Positions 14,671 through 28,918 of a stretch of DNA of 64,000 nucleotides are shown in pieces. The stretch lies in assembly GCA_964016885.1 (NCBI GenBank), contig OZ024747.1:12400001-12464000 (forward strand), read 5' to 3'. Positions within the stretch are counted from its first letter, which is position 1. The number at the start of each line of letters is the position of its first letter. The translations under genes were made by a program, and so were the position numbers. The notes beneath the pieces were generated by a model. It made no database searches. It worked only from the letters and a program-made list of their open reading frames with translations, and was not told the origin of the DNA. Source of the stretch: Eledone cirrhosa (taxonomy: Eukaryota).

Positions 14671-14877
14671 TAACTGGGACTACACATAACAATAACAACA
14701 GCAATTTAAATAACAATATAATCAACAACAACAATAACAATTATTATTATTATTTCTTACATATGCATAAGGCCACACATGTTTCTAGGATAGAAACAGT
14801 CGATTCCCTGGACTTCGGTACTTATTGAACCACGAGATTGAAAGACAAAGATTTGAATTTAGAACATAAATAATGGC

Positions 14878-15500
14878 AATAACTGTTTCTAATAAAGGCA
14901 GAGGCCAACAATTTTAGGGGAGGGGAAATTCGATCATATCGATCTAATATTTGTCTGGTAATTTACCTTATCCATTTCGGAAAGATAAAAGGTAAACTTG
15001 ACATTGACGGGATTTGAACTCAGAACGTAAAGAGCCGGATCAATATAGTATCCGATACCCTACTAACGTTACCAATCTGTCACCTTCGTAAATACTGTAA
15101 TAATTGTTGCTACTTTTGGCTCAAGGCCAGCAATTATCTCAGTGTATTACTGGTACTTTATTTTATCGACCCCCGTAAGGATGAAAGGCAAAGTTAACCT
15201 CGGCAGGATTTGAACTCAGAACGTAAAGGTCCATAACTCTGTGCTGCAGAACATAGTGTCCGATGCTATACCGATACTGTCAATCCACCGCCCATAATGT
15301 AATAATTGTTTCTACTTTTGGCACAAGGCCAGCAATTACCCCAGTGCATTACTGGTACTTTATTTTATCGACCCCCCCCCCCGTAAGGATGAAAGGCAAA
15401 GTTAACCTTGGCGGGATTTGAACTCAGAATGGCAAGGGCCGTAACTCTATGCTGCAAAGCATGGTGTCCGACTCTCTACCGATACTGCCAATCCACCGCC
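14878..15500 (-). mobile_element. Cluster of three head-to-tail SINE family A copies
   Basis: Copies at about 14878-15087, 15100-15292 and 15301-15500. Confidence 0.85.
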
Positions 15501-15800
15501 ATAATGTAATAATGACATAACACAAGATACTTGGTGACATACTTCACAATTTTATCATCCAATGCTATTTATGATTTCTTTCATAATTTAAACAAATGAT
15601 CACAAATTTTGTGGAGATAGGTATAGTGGATTAAACCTACCCTAGTAAATGACTGGTACTTCAGTATACCCCCACTCATGCCAACTCAGAAAAATGAAAA
15701 ATTGATCACAGAAAGATTTCAAACCAAAATATAAATTGTCGTAATGAAATACCACAGTTACTTTTATTCGCCATATAAGTCGATCTTAGTAGGAATTGAA

Positions 15801-15993
15801 ATAATTGTTTCTACTTTTGGCACAAGGCCAGCAATTATCCCAGTGTATTACTGGTACTTTATTTTATCGACCCCGTAAGGATGAAAGGCAAAGCTAACCT
15901 CGGCGGGATTTGAACTCAGACCGTAAAGGGGCGTAACTTTATGCTGCAAAACATGGCGTCCGACCCTCTACCGATACTACCAATCCATCGCCC
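15801..15993 (-). mobile_element. SINE family A, full length
   Basis: Flanking duplication tagtaggaattgaaata. Confidence 0.88.
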
Positions 15994-16440
15994 TAGTAGG
16001 AATTGAAATAATAACATAAAGGGATGTAACTAAACATTGCAAAGTATTTTGCCCGACGCTATAACAATTTGCTAGTGTGGTGAAAAACAGGCAGACCAAA
16101 ACACAAAGCTAAACCCCCAGGACTTACAAATATGCATAACATACAAAAAACCCCCAGACAATTTGGCTCTGCCCACATACTACGTAGAGTACCTTCAATA
16201 CAATATAAACTACAAAACTAAAATACAACACTGCATCTACCCAAGGCACACAGACTGTGCTCAGTAATGCAGTGAAAAGATTATGGCAGATAAGGAACGT
16301 TTCTATCTTTCTATTTGGTATTCACGCAACAAATCATCTTTATAAAATAGACATAAGCATGCTACAGTAAATAGCAATACTAGGATCTGTGAACACTTTT
16401 AGGGCGTTCTCACACAGCCTTGAACTTCTGGGCCGTAAGC

Positions 16441-16758
16441 ATTTTTGTCAACTTTCAATATTTTTGTCAATTTTAAACATTTTGTCAATTTTCAAGATTT
16501 TTGTCAACTTTCAACATTTTTATCAATTTTAAACATTTTGTCAATTTTCAAGATTTTTGTCAACTTTCAACATTTTTGTCAATTTTAAACATTTTGTCAA
16601 TTTTCAAGATTTTTGTCAACTTTCAACATTTTTATCAATTTTAAACATTTTGTCAATTTTCAAGATTTTTGTCAACTTTCAACATTTTTGTCAACGTTTG
16701 GGAACAATTTGTGAACATTTTTGTCAATTTTAAACATTTTGTCAACTTTCAAGATTTG
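16441..16758. repeat. 19-20-bp minisatellite
   Basis: Variants of atttttgtcaactttcaac in a three-unit higher-order pattern. Confidence 0.9.
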
Positions 16759-17365
16759 TAACCTTGGTAACCTTGAGCACATTATATATATAATATTTTC
16801 CGTTGAATAACTTTTGATATCTTTGTTAATGACGATGGAGCAGATATCATAAACGAAGACATATTAAATTTTGACAAAAGAGGAATATATGATTGTCTGA
16901 TTGTTTGTGTTTCACAAAGGGTATTATTGATGTAACAGAAAAGAGCGCAAATTATCAAATTATACTCGAAACAAACAAACGTTTGTTGGACAGGATTCAC
17001 TGTTAACTTATGACTACCATCATTGCTGATCTGGTACATAGACCTGAGACAAGACAATCTATACATTTATAGAGAAGAAACATGAAATTATAGAACGTTA
17101 ATACAATAAATGGATTCCTTAGGAATGTTTTAGTGGCTGGGGTAATGGAAGGGGAGTGAATTGACTAGAAGGAGGAATTAAAATTGGGGCCACGCGGGAA
17201 GCTACACACTTGCACGCATAGTTAATGTAATCAATTATATATATATAGAAGAAAAAAAAGAAAAAAAAGAGAGAGAGAGAGATACATACATAGATATGTG
17301 TGTGCATGCATGTTTATGTATATACCAAACACAAAGGGACAAACAAAAGAACGAATGGAAGATAA

Positions 17366-17742
<377 letters not shown>

Positions 17743-17784
17743 ATATATATTATATACATATATATATATATTATATATATATAT

Positions 17785-17818
<34 letters not shown>

Positions 17819-17826
17819 ATATATAT

Positions 17827-17915
<89 letters not shown>

Positions 17916-17992
17916 ATATTATATATTATATATTATATATTATATATATATATATATTATATATTATATATATATATATATTATATATATAT

Positions 17993-18058
<66 letters not shown>

Positions 18059-18075
18059 ATATATTATATATATAT

Positions 18076-18199
<124 letters not shown>

Positions 18200-18219
18200 A
18201 TATATATATATATATTATA

Positions 18220-18258
<39 letters not shown>

Positions 18259-18346
18259 TATATATATACATATATATATATATTATATATATATATATAT
18301 ATAATATATATATATATATATTATATATATATATATATATAAATAC

Positions 18347-18463
<117 letters not shown>

Positions 18464-18486
18464 ATATATTATATATATATATATAT

Positions 18487-18547
<61 letters not shown>

Positions 18548-18582
18548 ATATATTATATATATATATATATTATATATATATA

Positions 18583-18679
<97 letters not shown>

Positions 18680-18820
18680 ATATATATATATATATATAAT
18701 ATAATATATATATAATATATATATATATAATATATATATATATATATAATATAATATATATATATATATATAATATATATATATAATATATATATATATA
18801 TAATATATATATATATATAT

Positions 18821-18851
<31 letters not shown>

Positions 18852-18893
18852 ATATATATATATATATAATATATATATATACATATATATATA

Positions 18894-18944
<51 letters not shown>

Positions 18945-18983
18945 CATATATATACATATATATATATATACATATATATATAC

Positions 18984-19030
<47 letters not shown>

Positions 19031-19033
19031 AAC

Positions 19034-19064
<31 letters not shown>

Positions 19065-19069
19065 TATAC

Positions 19070-19118
<49 letters not shown>

Positions 19119-19133
19119 TATACATATATATAC

Positions 19134-19218
<85 letters not shown>

Positions 19219-19247
19219 AGATCAAAGATGGTTAAAAGAGTTCCATG

Positions 19248-19318
19248 TATTTTACTATGCGCATTTCAAAAACAAATATCATCATGCAATAACATTTGCG
19301 TTTTCGTCAGATAAAATA
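19248..19318 (-). ncRNA. Type I hammerhead ribozyme motif (left arm copy of the same palindrome)
   Basis: Reverse-complement copy of 19424-19494, with a U-G wobble at the first stem I pair. Confidence 0.75.
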
Positions 19319-19423
19319 GGGAGACATGATATCAAGGTTAAAACACACTTGTGGATAGTGCAGTTTTAAATCGACATATTTCACTATTCACGAGTGTGTT
19401 TTAACCTTCATATCATGTCTCCC

Positions 19424-19494
19424 TATTTTATCTGACGAAAACGCAAATGTTATTGCATGATGATATTTGTTTTTGAAATGCGCATAATAAAATA
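19424..19494 (+). ncRNA. Type I hammerhead ribozyme motif (right arm of palindrome)
   Basis: Stem I UAUUUUAU/AUAAAAUA; CUGACGA; long stem II; GAAA; palindromic stem III AUGCGCAU; AUA triplet. Confidence 0.8.
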
Positions 19495-19618
19495 CATGGA
19501 ACTCTTTTAACCATCTTTTGTTCTTATATAGTATTTATACTCCAGTCCTACAAACTGTAGAGTGCTACTTATCCGATATCTGCATTGCTTTATTGTACTA
19601 CAATAAAACTCACCTCCT

Positions 19619-19667
<49 letters not shown>

Positions 19668-19670
<3 letters not shown>

Positions 19671-19864
19671 CAAAGAGTGTGTGGTAAGATACTAGGTGGA
19701 CCATAACGCACCAGAGTACTCAATACTAAGAGTAGTAGAGTCAAGACCCCGACGGCTGAGCTCCGGCCGTTTCGACAACTAGATCCGAACTAAGCCACCG
19801 ATGGGTTTTAGTTCGGATCTACCTGTAGAAACGGCCGGAGCTCAGTCGTTGGGGTCCTGACTCT

Positions 19865-19869
<5 letters not shown>
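19668..19869. mobile_element. Short (TA)n-embedded repeat family with a GC-rich terminal hairpin (19737-19864)
   Basis: Motif 'ggtggaccataacgcaccagagtactc' recurs at about 29307-29430 and 41491-41545; related hairpins at about 55875-56090; each flanked by TA runs. Confidence 0.6.
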
Positions 19870-19935
<66 letters not shown>

Positions 19936-19946
19936 TATATATATAT

Positions 19947-20099
19947 AGTACATTATGAAGAGAGAAGAAACATTTAGATATAATTAGTAATAAGATGTAT
20001 CATACCTAAACTGCTTCTAGATTCCTCGACTACGTAGTTTATATATAACATCTTATTACTAATTATATCTAAATGTTTCTTCTCTCTTCATAATGTACT
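19947..20099. repeat. Inverted repeat next to (TA)n
   Basis: Perfect arms of about 52 bp (agtacattatgaagagag.../...ctctcttcataatgtact). Confidence 0.9.
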
Positions 20100-20272
20100 T
20101 TTAGCTCTGATACTGGTTCAGTCTAATCCATTCGGATTGGTTTGTCCCAGTTATTCATAGAGCAACATCGGTTAAGGTTGGCACCATTAACTCAAGGATG
20201 GATGTGGATATATTCATGTATATGTATGTGTCCGCATGTTTCTGTGTGTTTCTCAATATATTGTATATATAT

Positions 20273-20359
<87 letters not shown>

Positions 20360-20422
20360 AATATATATATATGTATATATAAATATATATATATATATGT
20401 ATATATAAAATATATATATATG

Positions 20423-20466
<44 letters not shown>

Positions 20467-20650
20467 AATATATATATATGTATATATAAATATATATATA
20501 CATATATATATATATATGTATATATAAATATATATATACATATATATATATAAGTATGTATATATATATATATATATAATATATATATATTATATATACA
20601 TATATATATTATATATATATATATGATATGTATATATAAATATATATATT

Positions 20651-20695
<45 letters not shown>

Positions 20696-20757
20696 TATAT
20701 ATAAATATTAAATATAATATTATATATATATACATATATATATACATATATATTATA

Positions 20758-20808
<51 letters not shown>

Positions 20809-20835
20809 CATATATATTATATATATATATGTATG

Positions 20836-20917
<82 letters not shown>

Positions 20918-20928
20918 ATATATGTATG

Positions 20929-20968
<40 letters not shown>

Positions 20969-20996
20969 AATATAAATATATATATATATATATATG

Positions 20997-21038
<42 letters not shown>

Positions 21039-21069
21039 AATATATATATATGTATATATAAATATATAT

Positions 21070-21116
<47 letters not shown>

Positions 21117-21128
21117 TATATATATTAT

Positions 21129-21176
<48 letters not shown>

Positions 21177-21354
21177 TGTATATATAAATATATATTATAT
21201 TATATATATATATATATATATGTATATATAAATATATATATATATATTATATATATATACATATATATATATATATGTATTATATATATATGTATATATA
21301 TATATGTATATATAAAATATATATATATAAATATATATATATTAAAATATATAT

Positions 21355-21385
<31 letters not shown>

Positions 21386-21395
21386 GTACATATAA

Positions 21396-21493
<98 letters not shown>

Positions 21494-21558
21494 TAGAAAG
21501 TGAGGTTTTTTTTTTACAAATTGAAAAATAACCGAGGTGTCCTACACGAGTGAAAGTA

Positions 21559-21822
21559 TATATAAAAAGAGATTGAAATCGAAAATGCAAACTGGAGTCT
21601 TATTTTTTTTTTAAATATATATATTTATTTGGTTCCTTTACCGGTTTCGCAGTTCTTCTGCTTTTCAAAAAGTAGAGTTGAGATGGAGGGTCTGTGGTTT
21701 AGACCCTCCATCTCAACTCTACTTTTGAAAAGCAGAAGAACTGCGAAACCGGTAAAGGAAACCAAATAAATATATATATTTTAAAAAAAAAATAAGACTC
21801 CAGTTGCATTTTCGATTTCATC

Positions 21823-21832
<10 letters not shown>
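21559..21832. repeat. Long palindrome between (TA)n arrays
   Basis: Arms of about 130 bp, 7-nt loop gtggttt. Confidence 0.92.
21722..21757 (+). ncRNA. Decayed hammerhead-like motif in a palindrome arm
   Basis: CUU-UUGAAAA (core mutated from CUGANGA)-GCAG/CUGC-GAAA-CCGG-UA-AAG; palindromic stem III ACCGGU. Confidence 0.45.
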
Positions 21833-21897
<65 letters not shown>

Positions 21898-21934
21898 GTA
21901 TATATATATGTATATATATATATGTATATATATG

Positions 21935-21987
<53 letters not shown>

Positions 21988-22118
21988 GTATATATATGTA
22001 TATATATATATGTATATATATGTATATATATATATGTATATATATATATGTATATATATGTATATATATATATATATGTATATATATATGTATATATATA
22101 TATATGTATATATATATG

Positions 22119-22149
<31 letters not shown>

Positions 22150-22240
22150 GTATATATATATGTATATATATATATATATGTATATATATATGTATATTAT
22201 ATATATGTATATATATTATATGTGTATATATATATATGTG

Positions 22241-22273
<33 letters not shown>

Positions 22274-22398
22274 GTATATATATATATGTATATATATATG
22301 TATATATATGTATGTATATATATATATGTATATATATGTATGTATATATATATATATATATGTGTATATATATGTATGTATATATATATATATGTATA

Positions 22399-22432
<34 letters not shown>

Positions 22433-22470
22433 TATATATATGTATGTATATATATATATGTATATATATG

Positions 22471-22538
<68 letters not shown>

Positions 22539-22559
22539 TATAATATATATATTATATAT

Positions 22560-22606
<47 letters not shown>

Positions 22607-22613
22607 TGTATAT

Positions 22614-22779
<166 letters not shown>

Positions 22780-23276
22780 ATATATATATATATATATATA
22801 TATTGTATATATATACAATTATATATATATATATATATATTGTATATATATATTATATATATATATATATATATATTGTATATATATACATTATATATAT
22901 ATGTGTATATATATATTTATATATATATATATAATATATTTTGTATATAGGGAGAGAGAGAGAGAGATGAATAGATAGATAGAAAGACAGTCAGACAGAC
23001 AGACAAAACAGACTGATAGATAGTTAGATAGATACCTGTAAAGAAATCAGTTTGTTAGCCCGGTAGAACTCACTATAGCCGATGTACCACAAGACACCAC
23101 CCCATTTCATAAAGACTAGCAAAAAGGCAGACGCTATTTGCTATTTAGCTGTTTTACAAGTTCGTGCAATAGCAGTTTGGTAGTAAAATATATATTTATA
23201 TCTAGAGAGAGAAGTGTGGGGTCAGAATAAAAAGAAAAAGGGGAGAGAAGAGAAGAATGAGGGAGAGGGGGAGAAG

Positions 23277-23662
<386 letters not shown>

Positions 23663-24167
23663 CTTGATAAAAATGTTCTATAAAAAATCTAGTTCAAATG
23701 CAAACTAAAGCTGCACTTCGCAAGACATGGGTTTTTTTTTGTTTTGTTTTTTGTTTGTTTGTTAATTAATTGATTATTAAACTATGTTCGATCTAAGAAT
23801 ACACCTGCATAGTTAAACTGAGTGTGGTCATAGATAAATAAGAAACAGCGGCAAAAATATGAAATAGAATTCAAGGTGGAATCCAAGTCACACCTCTTAA
23901 GAAATTCACGAATAAATTTAGAACACAACTAGTCAATGCAGTATTTAGAGCATAACTGGTGTTTACAAGGTGTGTGGGTTTACCTCCATCTAGTGTTTGC
24001 TTTGGATATTTTTTAAAAATCATTTTTTCTTCAACACTCAGTTTAAATATACAAAATTTAAATTGTTTTGTTTTTTTTTACTTTTGAAATTTTTTTAATT
24101 TTGTATTTATCTTTTTCTCGGTTTTTCGTTTTCTTATTCTGATTTATCGACACAAAAAAAAAATCAA

Positions 24168-24173
24168 TTTATT
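24168..24173 (-). promoter_or_regulatory. Candidate polyadenylation signal AATAAA just after the TPH stop codon
   Basis: Minus strand reads TGA GA AATAAA, then a U-rich/GU stretch; usage not demonstrated. Confidence 0.3.
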
Positions 24174-24175
24174 TC

Positions 24176-24383
24176 TCACTGAGTAGTCTTGTTCGTACTC
24201 GTCTCGTTTTCTTCAACTTCGATTCGTGAAGTTTTATTGATGGCATCAGAGATTAGACAGAGGTCTGCGCGAACAAAACCGACCACTTGGCTAATGGCTG
24301 ACAAACTTTCAAGAACCATAACCGACTGTGAATATGGGTCATAACGCACGGTGAAAGGTCGTTTGATATTCAAAGCAAACTCT
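24176..24383 (-). CDS. TPH: TPH last coding exon (208 nt including TGA; C-terminal oligomerisation helix)
   Basis: ttttccag|A GAG TTT...; EFALNIKRPFTVRYDPYSQSVMVLES...TTQ*. Confidence 0.95.
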
Positions 24384-25811
24384 CTGGAAAAAAAAAAAAA
24401 AAGAAAGAAACTTTAAAATTTATCAAATTTTGACTGGAAAAGAGTGTATGATGACAAAACAAAATGTGTGTCTATGGATGAGTATGTTTGTGTGAGTGTG
24501 TAAGTTAAACGAGAACGAGAAGAGACTAGTGCTTCCAAAACTTATTTTGTTGCGGGATACTAATACAATTTTTTTTAAAGTTACAGAAGTCATATCGATA
24601 TTTTATGGACAGTCCCTACCATCTAACTTTAATAAGACATTATATAAAGAAAAGAAGATTTTGTTTTTTTTAAACCCATCAATTTTTATTAAATGTTATT
24701 GCACGAGCTCTTATCTCGTAGAACTCTAGAATTTATTTTTGTGGAACTTTGAGAAACACTGGCATAGACAAGACGAATGAATAAGAAGACATATTCTGAG
24801 ACACAACTTCGTTGCTCTGTGCATGTCTCAAGCAGGTTCGACTGACTGGACTTCTATGCTTATAGAGTTTATTTGCAACTGACAATGCCTTCCACCCGAT
24901 CCCACCTCGGTAGTACTGCCAGTCCAGAGATTTCTATAAGTTATCTATAGTGCCCTTGCCATTTATAATATCCCGACAGAAATTCTTCCGGGACAGACTG
25001 GTCAGTTGATTCTCGTTGATGTCCAGAATTTCCACGAAAAATGTCGCTCTTCACTAACACTAGGTTTCAATAGAAAGCTGACGTGGAAGTTCCACCGATC
25101 ACATTGGCTGGCTTGCAATAGGTTGTGAGGGCTTCACATATTTCCGTTACGAAGTGCTCTGTTTTGGTCTTCGTTTAACTCTTTCAAGACTGCATTCCTA
25201 ACGAAATACACTCTATTTTGATTAACTAATGGAGGATTTTGAGAGATTTACTAAAATTATTAATTATTTGATTACTAAGATAATAACTTAAAGTTCTTAT
25301 ATAAAATTATGTTGGAAAATTTTAATTTAAATTGGAAACCTGTAAAATTGGTGATTTTATTTCATAAAACAAGGGCTGGTTTTAGCCGGCTTGAACTAAG
25401 AGAAAACTTGCCCAACGAATAGTGACAACATTTGCATCCCATTATCCAGGAATATCAGATGTCAGGGTATCGATCATAACATAACATGGAGGCGATGACA
25501 GTGGGAGTTCGGCTCTTCCACATTCGGACCATACCCTTGTGGTTGGCTTCATTATCTATACAGAAGGGTGAGTCATAGGTAACCGGGCAGTCGATGCATT
25601 TTTATACCTGACAGTCTATGGTTCAGTAGTAGATATATCATTAGATAGCATTGGACTTTACATAACAAATGTTCCAGATAGTTGGTATTGGCTGTAAATG
25701 AACCGACTAACAAATGGAATAATGAAGATGAAGATGATGATGATGATGATGATGAGAGAAAGGGGTAACATTAATTACATATTACAGTAGCACAGATTCT
25801 GTAATACATAC

Positions 25812-25945
25812 CTGATTTGATTCTGGGCCTCTTTGAAAGATTCACTGACAAAATAGGCGTCCTGGAATGTGGAAACTTGGCATTCTTGTTCAATAACTTT
25901 GTCAGGATCGAACGGCTTTTTTATGGCTGCGTCCGTGAGAACATG
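25812..25945 (-). CDS. TPH: TPH exon (134 nt)
   Basis: tttacag|CAT...AG|gtatgt; HVLTDAAIKKPFDPDKVIEQECQVSTFQDAYFVSESFKEAQNQI(R). Confidence 0.96.
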
Positions 25946-26586
25946 CTGTAAAAATAACAGATCGACCGATAGATAGATAGATGTTGAGGAAAGTGATCAA
26001 ATCTGATAGTCATAGAGACATAGAGAAGTCGTGTGAGTATATCTATCGGTCACAACTCCTGACAAAAAAAAAGGAACGTAAAATAAAGTGTTTTGCTGAA
26101 GGACATAACGCATCTCTCGGTTCGGTAATCGAACTTGCAACAACATGATTGCGAATCCAATTCTCTAACAACTAAGCCTTCACTATATATAATCCTTCCC
26201 TTATAATATTTCTGCCTTTCGTGGGGAAAATCGGCAATAGTATAAAAGAAAGAGAAAATGGCGTATGTAAAACGAAAATATGAACAACCGGAAATCGAAA
26301 TCATGTAAGCAACTTATCTCCCCATTTAATAAAGGAACGTGACTTAGAGGTTACTTGCTGTGCTTATGATCGCAAGGTCATGAGTTCGATTCTTGGTCAA
26401 AGACGCGCATTGTGTCCTTCAGCAAAACAATTTATTTCACTCAGCTGGCAAAAATTAGTTGTACCTGTAATTCAATCTCTGATTTCAGGTGAGAATTTTT
26501 AGAAAAAAAAATAAAAAAAGACCTACTCATATGTTCGACTGTTAAGGCGTATTAAAAAGCTTCTGCCGTAAAATAAGATATCTTAC

Positions 26587-26682
26587 CTTGAGTTCCCCAA
26601 TCGAAGACAAAAGACCAGCTCCATACACTCTCAGCTGACCTTTTTCTCGACACAATCCGAATTCAATTGTGAAGAAATAACA
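26587..26682 (-). CDS. TPH: TPH exon (96 nt; iron-binding Glu)
   Basis: cttcag|TGT...AAG|gtaaga; [32 protein letters not shown]; 'YFFT' (Phe where PAH and TH have Trp) is characteristic of TPH. Confidence 0.97.
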
Positions 26683-26739
26683 CTGAAGACAAATAGAAAT
26701 AACTCACACATTTGTGAACCGAAACAGGAACAGCAATTG

Positions 26740-26792
<53 letters not shown>

Positions 26793-26797
<5 letters not shown>

Positions 26798-26937
26798 AAA
26801 AGGAAAAGAATGACTTGTAGTTCTAAATATAATTTGATTTAATTTTATAATATTACAATATTACCAACTTATAATATTATAAAATTAAATCAAATTATAT
26901 AGAACTACAAGTGAAGTCATTCCTTTCCTTTTTTTCA
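26793..26937. repeat. AT-rich inverted repeat between (TA)n runs in a TPH intron
   Basis: tgaaaaaaaggaaaagaatgacttgtagttcta... mirrored by ...tagaactacaagtgaagtcattcctttcctttttttca. Confidence 0.8.
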
Positions 26938-26961
26938 AATATATCTAACTGTACCACATTT

Positions 26962-27011
<50 letters not shown>

Positions 27012-27084
27012 GTTTCTACTTTAGGCACAAGGCCAGCAATTACCCAGTACATTACTGGTACTTTATTTTATCGACACACACATA

Positions 27085-27115
<31 letters not shown>

Positions 27116-27174
27116 TTCGTTTCTGAATTTGTTTAGCAAGATTCTTTATCTGAAATCGTGTGTTGAAACCGATA

Positions 27175-27602
27175 TTGTTATACTTTGGGAGGGTCATGTT
27201 GCCAATAAGAAACACACCCACCAGTTGCTTTCACTTCAATTTATTATATATTTATAAATTTATAAATTTACAAATCTACAAATTTATAAGTTTCTGGTTG
27301 GTTGGTTGGTTCCACAACCAGATAGTTGTTTATATATAGTCATAGTCCTTTCGTCACACACTCTGTGACCTCTTCAACAAAGAAAGGAATCCCCAGTCAC
27401 TGAAGAGGTCACAGAGTGTGTGACGAAAGGACTATGACTATATATAAACAACTATCTGGTTGTGGAACCAACCAACCAACCAGAAACTTATAAATTTGTA
27501 GATTTGTAAATTTATAAATTTATAAATATATAATAAATTGAAGTGAAAGCAACTGGTGCGTGTGTTTCTTATTGGCAACATGACCCTCCCAAAGTATAAC
27601 AA
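27175..27602. repeat. Long near-perfect palindrome in a TPH intron
   Basis: Arms of about 200 bp around a loop of about 24 nt; microsatellites on both sides. Confidence 0.93.
27395..27439 (+). ncRNA. Minimal hammerhead-like motif, antisense within a TPH intron
   Basis: AGUCA-CUGAAGA-G-GUCACA/UGUGAC-GAAA-GGAC-UA-UGACU; 5-bp stem I, 6-bp stem II, very short stem III, one extra G. Confidence 0.6.
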
Positions 27603-27603
27603 C

Positions 27604-27669
<66 letters not shown>

Positions 27670-27725
27670 ATATACATATATATATACATATATATATACT
27701 TATATATATATACATATATATTTAC

Positions 27726-27772
<47 letters not shown>

Positions 27773-27960
27773 CATATATATATACATATATTTGCCATAT
27801 ATAACCATATATATATATATATGGTTAGATCAGGCTTCTGCCAGCTATTGGTACCATGTAATCCAATACAACCTGCTTCAGGGTCTCGTGGCCGGCGATT
27901 AATCCGGGTCCCCAAGACCTATGTCTGGTGAGGAAGGCAAGTGGAACCCTAGCAGCATAA

Positions 27961-28152
27961 ATAATTGTTTCTACTTTAGGCACAAGGCCAGCAATTACCC
28001 AGTGCATTACTGGTACTTTATTTTTACCGACCCCGTAAGGATGAAAGGTAAAGTCAACCTCTGCGGGATTTGAACTCAGACCATAAAGGGACGTAATTCT
28101 ATGCTGGAAAGCATGGCGTCCGACCCTCTACCGATACTGCCAATCCACCGCC
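27961..28152 (-). mobile_element. SINE family A, full length, intronic
   Basis: Flanking duplication ccctagcagcataaataat. Confidence 0.88.
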
Positions 28153-28294
28153 CTAGCAGCATAAATAATGTTAACATATTAACGATTTCGATTATATCTT
28201 CGATTTTGGTTGACAGTTAAGGCTGTTTAAAGCGAAACACTCGAACACGTTTACGAAATCATGTCAGAACAAGCAGAATATTATAAATACTTAC

Positions 28295-28421
28295 ACTGGC
28301 TAATTTGGCAACTTCGAAATCTGAAGCCCCCAAAGAGGCTAAACCTAACTCCTGGGAAAAATGAGCAAAATCAGGATCTGCAAATATCGGTACATGTCCT
28401 AGTAATTCATGGCAGCAGTCT
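28295..28421 (-). CDS. TPH: TPH exon (127 nt; iron-binding His residues)
   Basis: ttttcag|A...AGT|gtaagt; [42 protein letters not shown] (HxxxxH iron ligands). Confidence 0.97.
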
Positions 28422-28918
28422 CTGAAAATTGAATATATTTAAGATATGTCTTAGTAATTCATGGCATCACTCTCAGAAAATACATCAGATTTATGACATG
28501 TCTTAATAATTTATGGCAGCAGTCTCAGAAAATTCATCAGATTTATGACATGTCTTAATAATTTATGGCAGCAGTCTCAGAAAATTGATCAGATTTAAGA
28601 CATGTCTTAATAATTTATGGCAGCAGTCTCAGAAAATTGATCAGATTTAAGACATGTCTTAATAATTTATGGCAGCAGTCTCAGAAAATTGATCAGATTT
28701 AAGACATGTCTTAATTTATGGCAGCAGTCTCAGAAAATTGATCAGATTTAAGACATGTCTTAATAATTTATGGCAGCAGTCTCAGAAAATTGATCAGATT
28801 TAAGACATGTCTTAATTTATGGCAGCAGTCTCAGAAAATTGATCAAATTTAAGATATGTCTTAGTCATTCATGGAGGCAGTCTCTGAAAATTGATCATAT
28901 TTAAGATATCTCTTAATA
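28398..28918. repeat. 52-bp tandem repeat (about 10 copies) derived from a TPH intron/exon junction
   Basis: Unit atttatggcagcagtctcagaaaattgatcagatttaagacatgtcttaata matches the acceptor region and first codons of the 28295-28421 exon; some units are 49 bp. Confidence 0.9.

Larger units (their letters stand above)
19224..19518. repeat. Long near-perfect palindrome at the edge of a (TA)n array
   Basis: Arms of about 135 bp, few mismatches, loop of about 20 nt. Confidence 0.92.

Noticed and set aside
26683-26730. CTGAAGA...GAAAC near the acceptor of the 96-nt exon as a hammerhead
   Set aside because: GAAA does not directly follow stem II, and no stem I or III forms
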